A stretch of 64,000 nucleotides of DNA from an uncultured delta proteobacterium (GCA_963790475.1 CAWBOS010000006.1:320001-384000), one strand, 5' to 3'. Shown: positions 19,566 through 29,332, numbered from the stretch's first letter. The notes: generated from the sequence alone by a model not told the origin. Numbers and translations: made by a program.

Positions 19566-19730
19566 GGTCTTTCCCTGGTCGATCTTTTGATATGGAGGGC
19601 TCCCCAGTCATTGCCGGGGCCCCTTCTCGGCGGCTGCGAGAATGGGCCCCTGAGCGGCTCGTCGGAGCAGCCGCCTCAATTAGAGGTTCTTTTACAGCTA
19701 ATATCGGGGCTACCCCTTAAGGGAAAGACC
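19566..19730 (-). ncRNA. Structured leader / candidate ncRNA of the IS-like element
   Basis: 11-bp perfect closing stem GGTCTTTCCCT/AGGGAAAGACC with several GC-rich internal hairpins; directly downstream of a promoter. Confidence 0.5.
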
Positions 19731-19759
19731 AGATTAAAGACTCCGGGCTTTTAAGTCAA
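19731..19759 (-). promoter_or_regulatory. Sigma70-like promoter inside the element
   Basis: TTGACT-17 nt-TAATCT. Confidence 0.55.
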
Positions 19760-19853
19760 CTGCCCTGTTAGGGGCCACCTCTTCCGGGGAACTCCCGGAC
19801 GAGGCGTAGTAACTTAGGAATAGAATTCTACTCAAATTGGATAGAATATTTCG

Positions 19854-19939
19854 TCGTCATAAGGTCTCGCGGAGGCGGGAATCCAGGCTATTCTCAACTT
19901 ATTAAAAACACTGGATTCCCTTTTTCAAGGGAATGACGA
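19854..19939. repeat. GTCATTCC...GGAATGAC palindromic repeat (dRS3/REP-like), degenerate
   Basis: CGTCAT..GCGGAGGCGGGAATCCAG...CTGGATTCCC...GGGAATGACG; related to 26836-26903. Confidence 0.65.
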
Positions 19940-20160
19940 AAATAGGCTTTCGGTGACTTTTTACGAATCCACCAAATGTTACAATATTTCAAATATGGTT
20001 CCGGCTTGTCCGGGTTAGGGTCTACCGGACTGTAATAAAGGGGATGTTTCTGAATATATCTTTATTTTTTTGCTCTAATTCCAATGAGGCCCAAAATGAT
20101 TCTTCCTGCAAGTACAAGGCCACTCAAAATGGGTGACAACGGGAAGGTCTTTTTGGTTTC

Positions 20161-20364
20161 ATGAGTAGCAAGGCATCATTGGACGGTCAGCCGGGAGGCT
20201 TTTCGGTGAACGGAAACAGTAACTCTACCGGAAGCTTTGTATCAAGACTGGGAATTACTGCCCAAGGACGGGGCAAGGCCTCTTTCTACCTTCGGTATGA
20301 GGGAGACTTCCGTTCCGATTATATGGGCCAAAGCATAAACGTCGGCATTCGTGTGGCTTTTTAA
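20161..20364 (+). pseudogene. C-terminal fragment of an autotransporter beta-barrel
   Basis: Alternating strands SFYLRYEGDFRSDY...SINVGIRVAF with terminal Phe; rest of gene absent. Confidence 0.6.
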
Positions 20365-20581
20365 GGAGATTTTGAGACCCATTCTCAAACCGAAAGCCCT
20401 TGAACTTCAGATCGCCTCATAATTAACCTTGATTTCCTTATAGCAATTTCCCGAACCCAATTTCAACAATATTTGTAACCAGAAACGCTTCTCAGCTATT
20501 AACTGTCGGTAGTATGCTGGTTTTTAAATTCAATCCCCAAAGACTTATTCCCCCGGAAGATAAATATTTTATTTTTTACTC

Positions 20582-20635
20582 TTGACAAGGATTAAAATCT
20601 GCTTTATATATTAGATAAATATCATCCTATTTATC
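20582..20635 (+). promoter_or_regulatory. Promoter of the rrf2-cydAB operon with possible Rrf2 operator
   Basis: TTGACA-17 nt-TATATA followed by AT-rich imperfect dyad TAGATAAATATCATCCTA. Confidence 0.5.
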
Positions 20636-20662
20636 CTGTATAAACCAAAAGGAAATTCAAAA

Positions 20663-21094
20663 ATGCGCCTGACAAGGGCCGGAGAATACGCGGTGCGATG
20701 CGTTTTGCATCTTTCTTCCCAAAAAGAAGGATCAATCGTCAGCCGCCGGGATATTTCCAAACAGATGGAAATACCTGATCAATTCCTGGGTAAAATAGCC
20801 CAGCAACTGGCCCGGGCGGGGTTGATCGAAATCGTTCAAGGGGCCAAAGGCGGCTATCGACTGCTGGTGTCGCCTTCCAAAATATCCCTTCTCACCGTGG
20901 TCGAAGCGGTCATAGGCCAGATCTTTCTCAACGATTGTCTAATGAGACCGGGATCCTGTAAACGCAGTTTTTCCTGTTCGGTCAATAAAATATGGGAAAA
21001 GGCCAGAAACCAGTTAAGAGAAACCCTTCAGGGAGTTTCCTTCGAACAATTGCTTCAGGAAGAAAACTGTTTTCTTCCTGATGTTTCACCCTGA
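20663..21094 (+). CDS. Rrf2 family Fe-S transcriptional regulator
   Basis: EYAVR, FLGKIAQQL.RAGL...QGAKGGY.L; three C-terminal Cys. Confidence 0.93.
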   Translation: MRLTRAGEYAVRCVLHLSSQKEGSIVSRRDISKQMEIPDQFLGKIAQQLARAGLIEIVQGAKGGYRLLVSPSKISLLTVVEAVIGQIFLNDCLMRPGSCKRSFSCSVNKIWEKARNQLRETLQGVSFEQLLQEENCFLPDVSP

Positions 21095-21230
21095 CTTTTT
21101 TCACGTTGCGGAGACAGTCAATGGTTTTTTTGATCCAATTTATTTTTCCGAGGTGACTTATTAACCTGATGGGCCTTCTGGATTTTAAATCGCCGGTGAA
21201 GGTCAACGATAAAAAGAGAAAGGAGAGGCT

Positions 21231-22538
21231 ATGGATGCTTTAATTCTTTCCCGGCTGCAGTTCGCGGCGGCCACTATTTTTCATTTTTTATTTGTGCCCT
21301 TGACCCTGGGTCTTTCCATTATGATCGCCATCATGGAAAACCGTTACGCTCGAACGGGAGAAGAGGTCTATCTGAAAATGACCCGATTCTGGGGCAAAAT
21401 CTTTCTGATCAATTTTGCCCTGGGGATCGTCACCGGCATTACCCTCGAATTCCAGTTCGGTACCAACTGGTCCCGTTATTCCGCCTTTGTGGGGGACATC
21501 TTCGGATCCCTCCTGGCCATAGAAGCCACGGCGGCCTTTTTTCTGGAATCCACTTTTATCGGGATCTGGATCTTCGGCTGGAAAAAGCTTTCGCCTAAGG
21601 CCCATGCCATAGTGATGTGGTTTGTTGCCGGGGCTTCCACCCTTTCCGCTCTCTGGATACTTACGGCCAATGCCTGGATGCAACATCCGGTAGGTTATGT
21701 ATTGCGAAACGGACGGGCGGAACTGGAGAGCTTCACCGCCGTCATTTTTCAAGAATTCGCCATCCTGGAAATTCTCCACACCCTCAGTGCCGCATATATT
21801 CTAAGCGCCTTTTTTGTCATGGGGATCAGCGCCTATCATCTCCTCAAAAAACAGCATGTTGATTTCTTCACCCGTTCCTTTCGAATCGCCTTAACCTTCG
21901 GACTGATCTTTTCCCTTTTTGAAGTGGTGGAAGGCCACCTTCACGGCTCCGATCTGGCGGTGAAACAACCGGCCAAATTGGCGGCCATGGAAGCCCACTG
22001 GGAGACCTCCAAGCAGGCCCCGGTCTATCTTTTCGCTCTTCCTGATGAGACTAATGAAAAAAATACCCTTGAAATTCTACCCCTGCCGGGGGTGCTCAGT
22101 TTGCTGGCCACCCATTCCCTGGATGGAGTAGTCAAGGGCCTCAAAGATATCCCAAGGGGTGAAAGGCCGCCGGTACTTATCAATTTTGCCTCATTTAAAA
22201 CCATGGTTGCCTTAGGCATGTATTTCGTCCTCATGACCCTGGTCGGTTTTTTCAAAAGAAACCGTCTTTCGGAAAGCCCGGGCTATTTGAAACTGATGCT
22301 CTATTCAATCCCCCTGCCTTATATCGCCATTGAATTGGGATGGGTCCTGGCCGAAGTGGGGCGCCAGCCCTGGATTGTTTACGGCGTCATGAAGACTTCC
22401 GAAGCCTTCTCTCCTGTGGCCACGTCCCAGGTTTTGACCAGTTTAATAGCCTTTATCCTGATTTATGGAATTTTGGGGGCTATTGGATACTTTCTCATCA
22501 TCAGGCAGGCCAGAAAAGGGCCCGAGCTTGCCGGATGA
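21231..22538 (+). CDS. cydA: Cytochrome bd quinol oxidase subunit I
   Basis: RLQFA...FHFLFVPLT, EFQFGTNW, QPAKLAAME, GRQPW. Confidence 0.97.
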   Translation: MDALILSRLQFAAATIFHFLFVPLTLGLSIMIAIMENRYARTGEEVYLKMTRFWGKIFLINFALGIVTGITLEFQFGTNWSRYSAFVGDIFGSLLAIEATAAFFLESTFIGIWIFGWKKLSPKAHAIVMWFVAGASTLSALWILTANAWMQHPVGYVLRNGRAELESFTAVIFQEFAILEILHTLSAAYILSAFFVMGISAYHLLKKQHVDFFTRSFRIALTFGLIFSLFEVVEGHLHGSDLAVKQPAKLAAMEAHWETSKQAPVYLFALPDETNEKNTLEILPLPGVLSLLATHSLDGVVKGLKDIPRGERPPVLINFASFKTMVALGMYFVLMTLVGFFKRNRLSESPGYLKLMLYSIPLPYIAIELGWVLAEVGRQPWIVYGVMKTSEAFSPVATSQVLTSLIAFILIYGILGAIGYFLIIRQARKGPELAG

Positions 22539-22593
22539 TTGAACCATCAAAGGGGCCTTCTATTACCAGTCAGCTCAAGAAAGGAGAGGGACA

Positions 22594-23610
22594 ATGATTT
22601 TACAAGATATATGGTTTTTCGTCTGGGGGCTGTTATGGGCCATTTATTTTTTAACCGATGGTTTCGATCTGGGGATAGGATCGCTTCTTCCTTTCCTGGG
22701 GAAAGATGAGGATTCAAAAAAAGTCATGATTGCGGCTATGGGACCTTTATGGGACGGCAATGAGGTCTGGTTGCTGACCGCGGGAGGAGTAACCTTCGCC
22801 GCTTTTCCTCAAGTCTATGCCGTCATGTTCAGCTCCCTCTATTCGGCATTGATGCTGATCCTCTTTGCCCTCATCCTGCGGGGGGTTTCTCTGGAATTCA
22901 GAAGTAAAATCGAAAGCCCGGGCTGGAAGAAGCTGTGGGATACCTGTCTGTTCCTGGGAAGTCTATTGCCGGCCATTCTCTTCGGGGCGGCTTTTGCCAA
23001 TATTTTTCGGGGAATTCCTTTTGATCAAAACGGCGTTTATCAGGGCACTCTCTTCACCCTGCTCAATCCCTATGGGCTTCTTGGGGGCATCCTCTTTCTC
23101 TTTCTTTTTTTGGTGCATGGCGCCAACTGGCTGGCCATCAAAAGCGATGGGGAACTCCAGGAAAGGGCGATTAAAACCGGAAAATATTTGTGGCCACTTT
23201 TGTTAATCGCCGCCGTCATCTTTCTCGGAGCTACCTACTATTCAACCCCTCTTTACAATAATTATTTCAACCATCCCCTTCTTTTCTTAGTCATCCTGGT
23301 GACCGTATCGGCCCTGCTGGGCATCCGTTTTTTCTTGAGTTCCGGAAGTCTGTGGAAGGCTTGGTTTTCCTCTGCCCTGACCATTATAGGCGCTACCTTT
23401 TTTGGGATCATCGGCCTGTATCCGAATATGTTCCCATCAAACCTGAACCCGGTTTATAGCCTGACAGCCCACAATGCCTCTTCCAGTCCCTTGACCTTGA
23501 AAATAATGTTGACCGTGGCCCTTATTTTTGTGCCCGTTGTCCTGGTTTATCAAATCTGGACCTACGTTCTGTTTAAAGGAAAAGTCAGCAGCGAGGATTT
23601 GTCTTACTGA
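22594..23610 (+). CDS. cydB: Cytochrome bd quinol oxidase subunit II
   Basis: DGFDLGIG, PLWDGNEVWL, AASS-like PLTLKIM. Confidence 0.97.
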   Translation: MILQDIWFFVWGLLWAIYFLTDGFDLGIGSLLPFLGKDEDSKKVMIAAMGPLWDGNEVWLLTAGGVTFAAFPQVYAVMFSSLYSALMLILFALILRGVSLEFRSKIESPGWKKLWDTCLFLGSLLPAILFGAAFANIFRGIPFDQNGVYQGTLFTLLNPYGLLGGILFLFLFLVHGANWLAIKSDGELQERAIKTGKYLWPLLLIAAVIFLGATYYSTPLYNNYFNHPLLFLVILVTVSALLGIRFFLSSGSLWKAWFSSALTIIGATFFGIIGLYPNMFPSNLNPVYSLTAHNASSSPLTLKIMLTVALIFVPVVLVYQIWTYVLFKGKVSSEDLSY

Positions 23611-23782
23611 CGATGTTTATTGATATATGAGGAGATTGACAAGGCCACGCCGGTCCCTCCTCCTCATCGTCGCTTAATTAGTTTCCATCCGGAAACGTTT
23701 TCGAATGAGGTTTAAGGCCTTACGCCTTAGACCATAAACCTTAGAACTTTTATATAAAAAATCTAATAAAGGAGGAATCAAA

Positions 23783-24208
23783 ATGGAAACATTAGTCATC
23801 GAAAATCAGATTGGAGCCGCCAAAGGTACCGACGTGGAAAAGGAGGTCATGGATAATTTCCGGGGCGAGACCGCCGAGGTGGGTCTTTATCTGGCTATGG
23901 CCCGGCAGGCCGAACGTGAAGGCTATCCCGAAGTGGCCAGGGCTTTGAAGGATATCGCCTGGGATGAGGCCAACCATGCGGCTCAGTTCGCTGAGCTAAA
24001 TGGCCTTATCTCCCCCAGCACCAAGGAAAACATCGAACGGATGCTGAAGGGAGAACGGATGGCCAATAAAGGTAAACAAGAGGCGTCAATAAAGGCGGCC
24101 CAATGCGGTCTGATTTCCTGCCAGATCTTTTTCGGCGAATCGGCCAGGGATGAGGGCCGTCATGCCCGGGCCTTGGAAGGACTCTTGAAGCGCCACTTTT
24201 CGTCATAA
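23783..24208 (+). CDS. Rubrerythrin/ferritin-like diiron protein (no rubredoxin domain)
   Basis: GET.EVG.YLAMARQAEREGYPEVA, DEANHA, DEGRHA. Confidence 0.88.
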   Translation: METLVIENQIGAAKGTDVEKEVMDNFRGETAEVGLYLAMARQAEREGYPEVARALKDIAWDEANHAAQFAELNGLISPSTKENIERMLKGERMANKGKQEASIKAAQCGLISCQIFFGESARDEGRHARALEGLLKRHFSS

Positions 24209-24218
24209 AGGCTTGGTT

Positions 24219-25763
24219 CTAATTCGGGTCCAACAAAAGCGAATGACCTTCCCAATAGACATCTCGGAGAAACCGCTTTTTAAGTTTTCCGCTGGCCTCA
24301 CGGGGGAGGGCCTGGTGAAAGTCGATCGACTTGGGGCATTTGAACGAAGCCAGTCGGGTGCGGCACCAGGCAATAAGCTCAGCGGCGGTTTCCTCGCCGG
24401 CGGCAAAACCTTCCTGTAACTCGATAGCCGCTTTGACCTGCTCCCCGAATTCGGGATCAGGGATGCCGAAGACTGCGGCGTCACGCACGACGTCATGTTC
24501 GAGCAGTACGGCTTCGATCTCCGCCGGGTAGACATTGACCCCACCGGAAAGTATCAGATCGACCCGACGATCGGCAAGGTAGATAAAGCCTTCGGCATCC
24601 ATCCAGCCCACATCGCCGACGGTGAACCGCCCGTCCGGGAGACGACTTTTCTCGGTCTTCTCGTCGTCGCCGTGATAGACAGGGGGACCATCAACCCGGC
24701 GGAAATACAGGGTCCCGATGGACCCGACCGGGAGATCATTCCCCTGATCATCGACCACGCTGGCTTCGAGCCGGGGATTGGGTCGCCCGATGGTACCGGG
24801 GTGCGACATCCACTCCTCACTGGTGCAGACCACCGGCCCGGTACCCTCACTGGAACCAAGAAACTCAATAATGATCGGGCCCAGCCGGTCGATAAGGGCC
24901 TGCTTGGCCCAGGCCGGACAGGGTGCTGCCGTGTGGCAGATCCACTTAAGCAATGATGTATCAAATCGCGCCCATTCCTCCGGAGGAAGCTTGGCCAGGC
25001 GAATGATCAGTGTCGGGACTACCGGTGCTGAAGTTATGCCTTCCCGTTCTACGGTTTCCAGGAAGTCGAGGGGATCGAAGCGGGCTTTGATGACCATACG
25101 GTGGCGACGGGCCAGGAATGATCCCAGGACTCCTCCCCCGAAGGAAGGATAGAGAGGGGTGGTGATCAAGCCTGTGCCTTCTTCCGGCATGAGAACTGCT
25201 GAAGCCCACAGATTGATGGCTGTACCCCAAAGCTCCACCGGTCCACCGGTGTCGGAACGAATAACGCCCTTCGACCGGCCTGTTGTTCCGCCGGTGTAAA
25301 GTAAAGGTGCTCCGGCAATGTCGTCGCGGGGATTGCTGTCGGGGAAGCCGGCAATCCAATTATCAAAGGCCGGACCGAGCACGAAGATTCGTTCCGGGGC
25401 GATTCCCACGGCCAGAGCGGCGGCGCGGCCCTTCTCCTCATTGGCCGGATCGACAATAAGCATGGTGGCGCCGCTGTCTTGTAATAAATATTCCAACTCC
25501 GGCACTGCCAGGTGCCAGTTGAGAGGGACATAACGGGTACCGGCCCGGGCATTACCCAGGGCCAGTTCCGGCCACTCCACCCGGTTATGAGCCAATAATG
25601 CCCAACGGTCACCGATTCCCAGTCCGAGGGATTCGAGCGCGTGAGCAAAGCGCCGGGCATTCGTCTCCAGTTGACGCCAGGTGCGGCTGCCATTTTCCGC
25701 GGATACGGCTTCCGCGTCCGGGTGTTCAATGGTGGAGGGGAAGAGATTAGTATAATGTTTCAT
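24219..25763 (-). CDS. AMP-forming acyl-CoA synthetase
   Basis: YTGGTTGRSKG, GSSEG, GDVG, SGGVNVYPAEIE, GKL; start uncertain (25763 or 25853). Confidence 0.88.
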   Translation of the reverse strand: MKHYTNLFPSTIEHPDAEAVSAENGSRTWRQLETNARRFAHALESLGLGIGDRWALLAHNRVEWPELALGNARAGTRYVPLNWHLAVPELEYLLQDSGATMLIVDPANEEKGRAAALAVGIAPERIFVLGPAFDNWIAGFPDSNPRDDIAGAPLLYTGGTTGRSKGVIRSDTGGPVELWGTAINLWASAVLMPEEGTGLITTPLYPSFGGGVLGSFLARRHRMVIKARFDPLDFLETVEREGITSAPVVPTLIIRLAKLPPEEWARFDTSLLKWICHTAAPCPAWAKQALIDRLGPIIIEFLGSSEGTGPVVCTSEEWMSHPGTIGRPNPRLEASVVDDQGNDLPVGSIGTLYFRRVDGPPVYHGDDEKTEKSRLPDGRFTVGDVGWMDAEGFIYLADRRVDLILSGGVNVYPAEIEAVLLEHDVVRDAAVFGIPDPEFGEQVKAAIELQEGFAAGEETAAELIAWCRTRLASFKCPKSIDFHQALPREASGKLKKRFLRDVYWEGHSLLLDPN

Positions 25764-25913
25764 AATTACTTTTTGGTATCCTTTCCGGCCGGCTGATGGC
25801 GGAAGGGTAAGGCTGTCTTTGCTTTCGCCGTTCGTGTCTATTCCGTTCCCCATATTTAGTTAGAAGTCTTTAAAATTTAAAAAATGTAATAGCGTTTTTT
25901 ACAATCATTGGTC

Positions 25914-26711
25914 CTAAGTTTTGATCCTGCCGCCCCAAAAGAGCAATCGTTCCTTAATGAATTCCAGGATTTTTAAATGTTCTGTTTTCCCGGAACCGAC
26001 GATGGGGAAAGAGCTGCCGAATTGCATATAAATGGGCTTCTCTCGATGGACAGGGCCGACGTCTCTGAATATGGATCCATTACCCCAGAAATCTGTTTTG
26101 ATCGCTACCGGGACTACTTGAACTCCGGCTTTTCTTGCAAGGATAATTCCCAATGTGTTGAAAGTTCCGGGGTCGAATATTTCTGACCGTGTGCTCTGGG
26201 GAAAGATGATGATCGATGTTCCGGAACGAAGTAGCTCTTGCCCCTTTTCAAGAACAATGGTCAAATCTTCCCTGGCATTCTTACGAAGGACCACGATAGG
26301 GTTTCGTGACCGCATTACCGGACCGAATGCGGAATGTTTGACCAGACTCTCCTTTACGACATACGTAACAGGCATTAGGGGGGCTATAATGGAAGGGAAG
26401 ACAAAGGTTTCCAGCATGCTCATGTGATTACTGATGAAAACAACCGGTTCCTTGAGGGACCTAACATTGCCCATCCCTCTCAAATGCAGCCGTCCGCCAC
26501 AGCCTTCGATAAGCTTGACGATCCTGTAAGAGGATTGCGACCAGGCTTCATCGTTATAAAGATTTTTGATCGCCAAGCCCCGTGACCTTAAAATCTCCAA
26601 ATAATAGCCTACTGCAAAATACCACCTGGTTCCAAGGAAGAGACGGTCCATGAACCTGCGAGGTGTTGCAGGGTCAGTGTCATAGGTGTCGTTTGGAAAA
26701 AACTGAAACAT
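25914..26711 (-). CDS. Lysophospholipid acyltransferase (PlsC family)
   Basis: NHMSMLE (HX4D/E), IIFPQSTR, VVPVA. Confidence 0.85.
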   Translation of the reverse strand: MFQFFPNDTYDTDPATPRRFMDRLFLGTRWYFAVGYYLEILRSRGLAIKNLYNDEAWSQSSYRIVKLIEGCGGRLHLRGMGNVRSLKEPVVFISNHMSMLETFVFPSIIAPLMPVTYVVKESLVKHSAFGPVMRSRNPIVVLRKNAREDLTIVLEKGQELLRSGTSIIIFPQSTRSEIFDPGTFNTLGIILARKAGVQVVPVAIKTDFWGNGSIFRDVGPVHREKPIYMQFGSSFPIVGSGKTEHLKILEFIKERLLFWGGRIKT

Positions 26712-26835
26712 ATAGGAACCGTTGCCAGATATTCTATGAAGCCCTCAACTAAGTAAGATTGATAGCCCCATAAGGTGTCAAATTAAAAGACAGGGAGAAG
26801 AATCCAATTTCCCCTTCACAATATCGAGTGTGGCC

Positions 26836-26903
26836 GTCATTCCTGCGAAAGCAGGAATCCAGGTTGAAAAGACTGGATTCCGGATCAAGTCCAGAGGAAT
26901 GAC
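26836..26903. repeat. GTCATTCC...GGAATGAC palindromic repeat (dRS3/REP-like)
   Basis: GTCATTCCTGCGAAAGCAGGAATCCAG...CTGGATTCC...GGAATGAC. Confidence 0.75.
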
Positions 26904-26941
26904 AACCGAGGAAAGTGATTACTGTTATTGTACACTAGGGC

Positions 26942-29230
26942 TTATTGCCGGCCCATGGCCACATTAAAGTCCCCCTCCGGATCATGGTGCGCATCGCCCT
27001 GAACATCCACCACAACTTTTTTCAAGGTCCCGGAGAAAGAAAAAGGACACTGGTAATTTTCGCTCACCGGGGTGGTTGTGTCGCGTCCGATTTCGAGGCC
27101 CTCTGAAATCGAATTGCGGATAGGGACGGTGCGGGCAATCTTCCCCTCCCCGACTTTGGCCTTGTTGATAAATAGCGCCCCCTCGCCTTGGTGCTCCCCG
27201 GTTTTGCTGAAGACAAACCGCAGGGTCGAAGGGCCTTTGGGCACCTCGACTTCGGAAGTCACAACATAGTGCGCGGTCCCCAAAAAGTTGTGGTCATATA
27301 TCAGGCGATTGTTCTGCAGGTAGAGGGTGTAGCCTCCGAACCGGCCTCCCCGGGCCAGCAGGACACCTTCGGCCCCGCCTTCGGGAATTTCGACCTCGGC
27401 GCTGATGGAGTGGGAACGGTTCCGGGTGTCGGGAGCGATCCCCTCCGGGATCATGGAGGTGCCCGGGTAAAAGGTAAAAGAAGTCCTACCCTGGTCCAGC
27501 CGGGGTTTTTGATCGGTAAAGCGCAGACCGGTGCGATCATCGAGGGGCAGGACCTGGTATTTACCGGCCTCAGCCCACCAGCGATCCACCAGTTCGCGGA
27601 GCTTTCCGGGTTCCGATTGAGCCAGGTCGTGACACTCGGAAAAATCCTGGTCCAGGTGGTATAACTCCCAGTGGTCGTCGTCGAAGTTTCCCCCTGCCCT
27701 CGGCGAGTGGTAGGTCACGGCCTTCCAGCCATCGTGCCAGATACCCCGGTGTCCGAACATTTCGTAGTACTGCACTTCCTTACGGGTTGGGGCCTGCGGG
27801 TCTTCGAAGCTGTAAAGCATGCTCAGGCCCTCGATGGGTTTTTGGGTGATCCCGTTCAGCACTTCGGGCGCCTCAATCCCGATGGCTTCCAGTACGGTCG
27901 GGACTATGTCGGTAACGTGATGATACTGAGTACGAATGCCCTCCTGCACCCGGATGCCCTTGGGCCAGTGCCGGATGCCCATGGGCCAGTGAATGATGAG
28001 GGGGTCCCGGACACCACCGCCGTGGGTGTTCTGCTTGTAGCGCTTGAGGGGCGTGTTTCCGGCCATGGCCCAGCCCCTGGGGTAGTGGTTGAAAGTCCGG
28101 GGCCCGCCGAGTTCGTCGATCCGGGCCAGGTTCTCCTCCAGGGTCTCGGGCAGGGCGTTGAAAAAGCGGTTCTCATTGAGCGAACCATGCCAGTATCCCT
28201 CCTGGCTGGCCCCGTTGTCTGAAATCAGGATGATCAGCGTATTATCCATCTGATCGGTTTCTTCCAGGAAATCGAGGAAGCGGCCGATATGATGATCGGT
28301 GTGGTCCATAAACCCGGCAAAGACCTCCTGCATCCGGGTGTACAGACGACGCTGGTCATCGGAGAGTTCGGCCCAGGCCTTGATCCCCGGGTTGCGCGGG
28401 GCAAGCTCGGTTTCGGGAGGAACGATCCCCATCTCCTTCTGCCGGGCCAGGACCTCCTCGCGCTCCGCGTCCCAGCCCCGGTCGAACCTGCCTTTGTACT
28501 TGGCGATAAATTCCTTGGGGGCGTGGTGTGGGGCATGGCAGGCGCCGAAGGCCATCCACAGGAAAAAGGGCTTGTCCGGGTCGATCTGCCGCTGGTCTAA
28601 AACGAACTCTATGGATTTGTCGACGATGTCCTCGGTCAGGTGATAACCGGGGCGGTCCGGCTGCTGGATCCGATGATTGTCGTAAACCAGGTCCGGGTTC
28701 CACTGACTGGTATCCCCTCCCAGGAATCCGTAAAAACGATCGAATCCCATTCCCAGCGGCCAGCGGTCGTAGGGGCCGGCGGCGCTGGTCTCTTCCTCCG
28801 GGGTGTTATGCCACTTGCCCACGGCAAAGGTGCCGTAGCCGCTTTCTCTGAGGATATGGGCCACGGTCCCGGCACTTTTCGGAATCCGGCCATTGTATCC
28901 GGGGTATCCGGTGGAGAGTTCGGTGATGATCCCCGTCCCGACTGAATGGTGGTTTCGTCCGGTGAGCAGACAGGACCTGGAGGGTGAGCACAAGGCCGTG
29001 GTGTGAAAGTTGTTGTAGCGCAGACCGCCGGCCGCCAGGCGGTCCATGTTGGGTGTTTCAATCCCGGCTCCGTAGCAACCCAGTTGGGCGAAGCCGACGT
29101 CGTCCAGGATGATGAAGACGACATTCGGGCTTCCTTTGGGGGCCCGCTTGGGTTTCGGCCACCAGGGGGTAGACTCGTTGATAGTTCGGCCGATGACTCC
29201 CTGCCAGGGTTCGGACTTCCGGTTTGACAT
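26942..29230 (-). CDS. Arylsulfatase (Cys-type, AtsA-like)
   Basis: LDDVG, CSPSR formylglycine motif, GKWH, SDNG; no signal peptide. Confidence 0.93.
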   Translation of the reverse strand: MSNRKSEPWQGVIGRTINESTPWWPKPKRAPKGSPNVVFIILDDVGFAQLGCYGAGIETPNMDRLAAGGLRYNNFHTTALCSPSRSCLLTGRNHHSVGTGIITELSTGYPGYNGRIPKSAGTVAHILRESGYGTFAVGKWHNTPEEETSAAGPYDRWPLGMGFDRFYGFLGGDTSQWNPDLVYDNHRIQQPDRPGYHLTEDIVDKSIEFVLDQRQIDPDKPFFLWMAFGACHAPHHAPKEFIAKYKGRFDRGWDAEREEVLARQKEMGIVPPETELAPRNPGIKAWAELSDDQRRLYTRMQEVFAGFMDHTDHHIGRFLDFLEETDQMDNTLIILISDNGASQEGYWHGSLNENRFFNALPETLEENLARIDELGGPRTFNHYPRGWAMAGNTPLKRYKQNTHGGGVRDPLIIHWPMGIRHWPKGIRVQEGIRTQYHHVTDIVPTVLEAIGIEAPEVLNGITQKPIEGLSMLYSFEDPQAPTRKEVQYYEMFGHRGIWHDGWKAVTYHSPRAGGNFDDDHWELYHLDQDFSECHDLAQSEPGKLRELVDRWWAEAGKYQVLPLDDRTGLRFTDQKPRLDQGRTSFTFYPGTSMIPEGIAPDTRNRSHSISAEVEIPEGGAEGVLLARGGRFGGYTLYLQNNRLIYDHNFLGTAHYVVTSEVEVPKGPSTLRFVFSKTGEHQGEGALFINKAKVGEGKIARTVPIRNSISEGLEIGRDTTTPVSENYQCPFSFSGTLKKVVVDVQGDAHHDPEGDFNVAMGRQ

Positions 29231-29303
29231 CTTGGCCTCCTGTTTAATAAGGGGGAAAGACCCCAGTCATAAATTTTTATAAGAATTCTTTTGGGATGGG
29301 GAA

Positions 29304-29332
29304 ATTATAGAATAAGGAAAAGGGGGTATCAA
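29304..29332 (-). promoter_or_regulatory. Sigma70 promoter of the arylsulfatase gene
   Basis: TTGATA-17 nt-TATAAT. Confidence 0.7.

Larger units (their letters stand above)
17860..19818 (-). mobile_element. Putative IS-like element without terminal IRs
   Basis: CTTAGG direct repeat at 17860-17865 and 19813-19818; subterminal hairpins 17882-17901, 19762-19775, 19778-19804; one long ORF; lies among pseudogenes and repeats. Confidence 0.6.

Noticed and set aside
17894-19720. Long plus-strand ORFs (378 aa and 227 aa) antisense to the 552-aa gene
   Set aside because: No recognisable motifs or RBS; shadow frames of the minus-strand gene, which has the promoter, RBS and domain-like motifs
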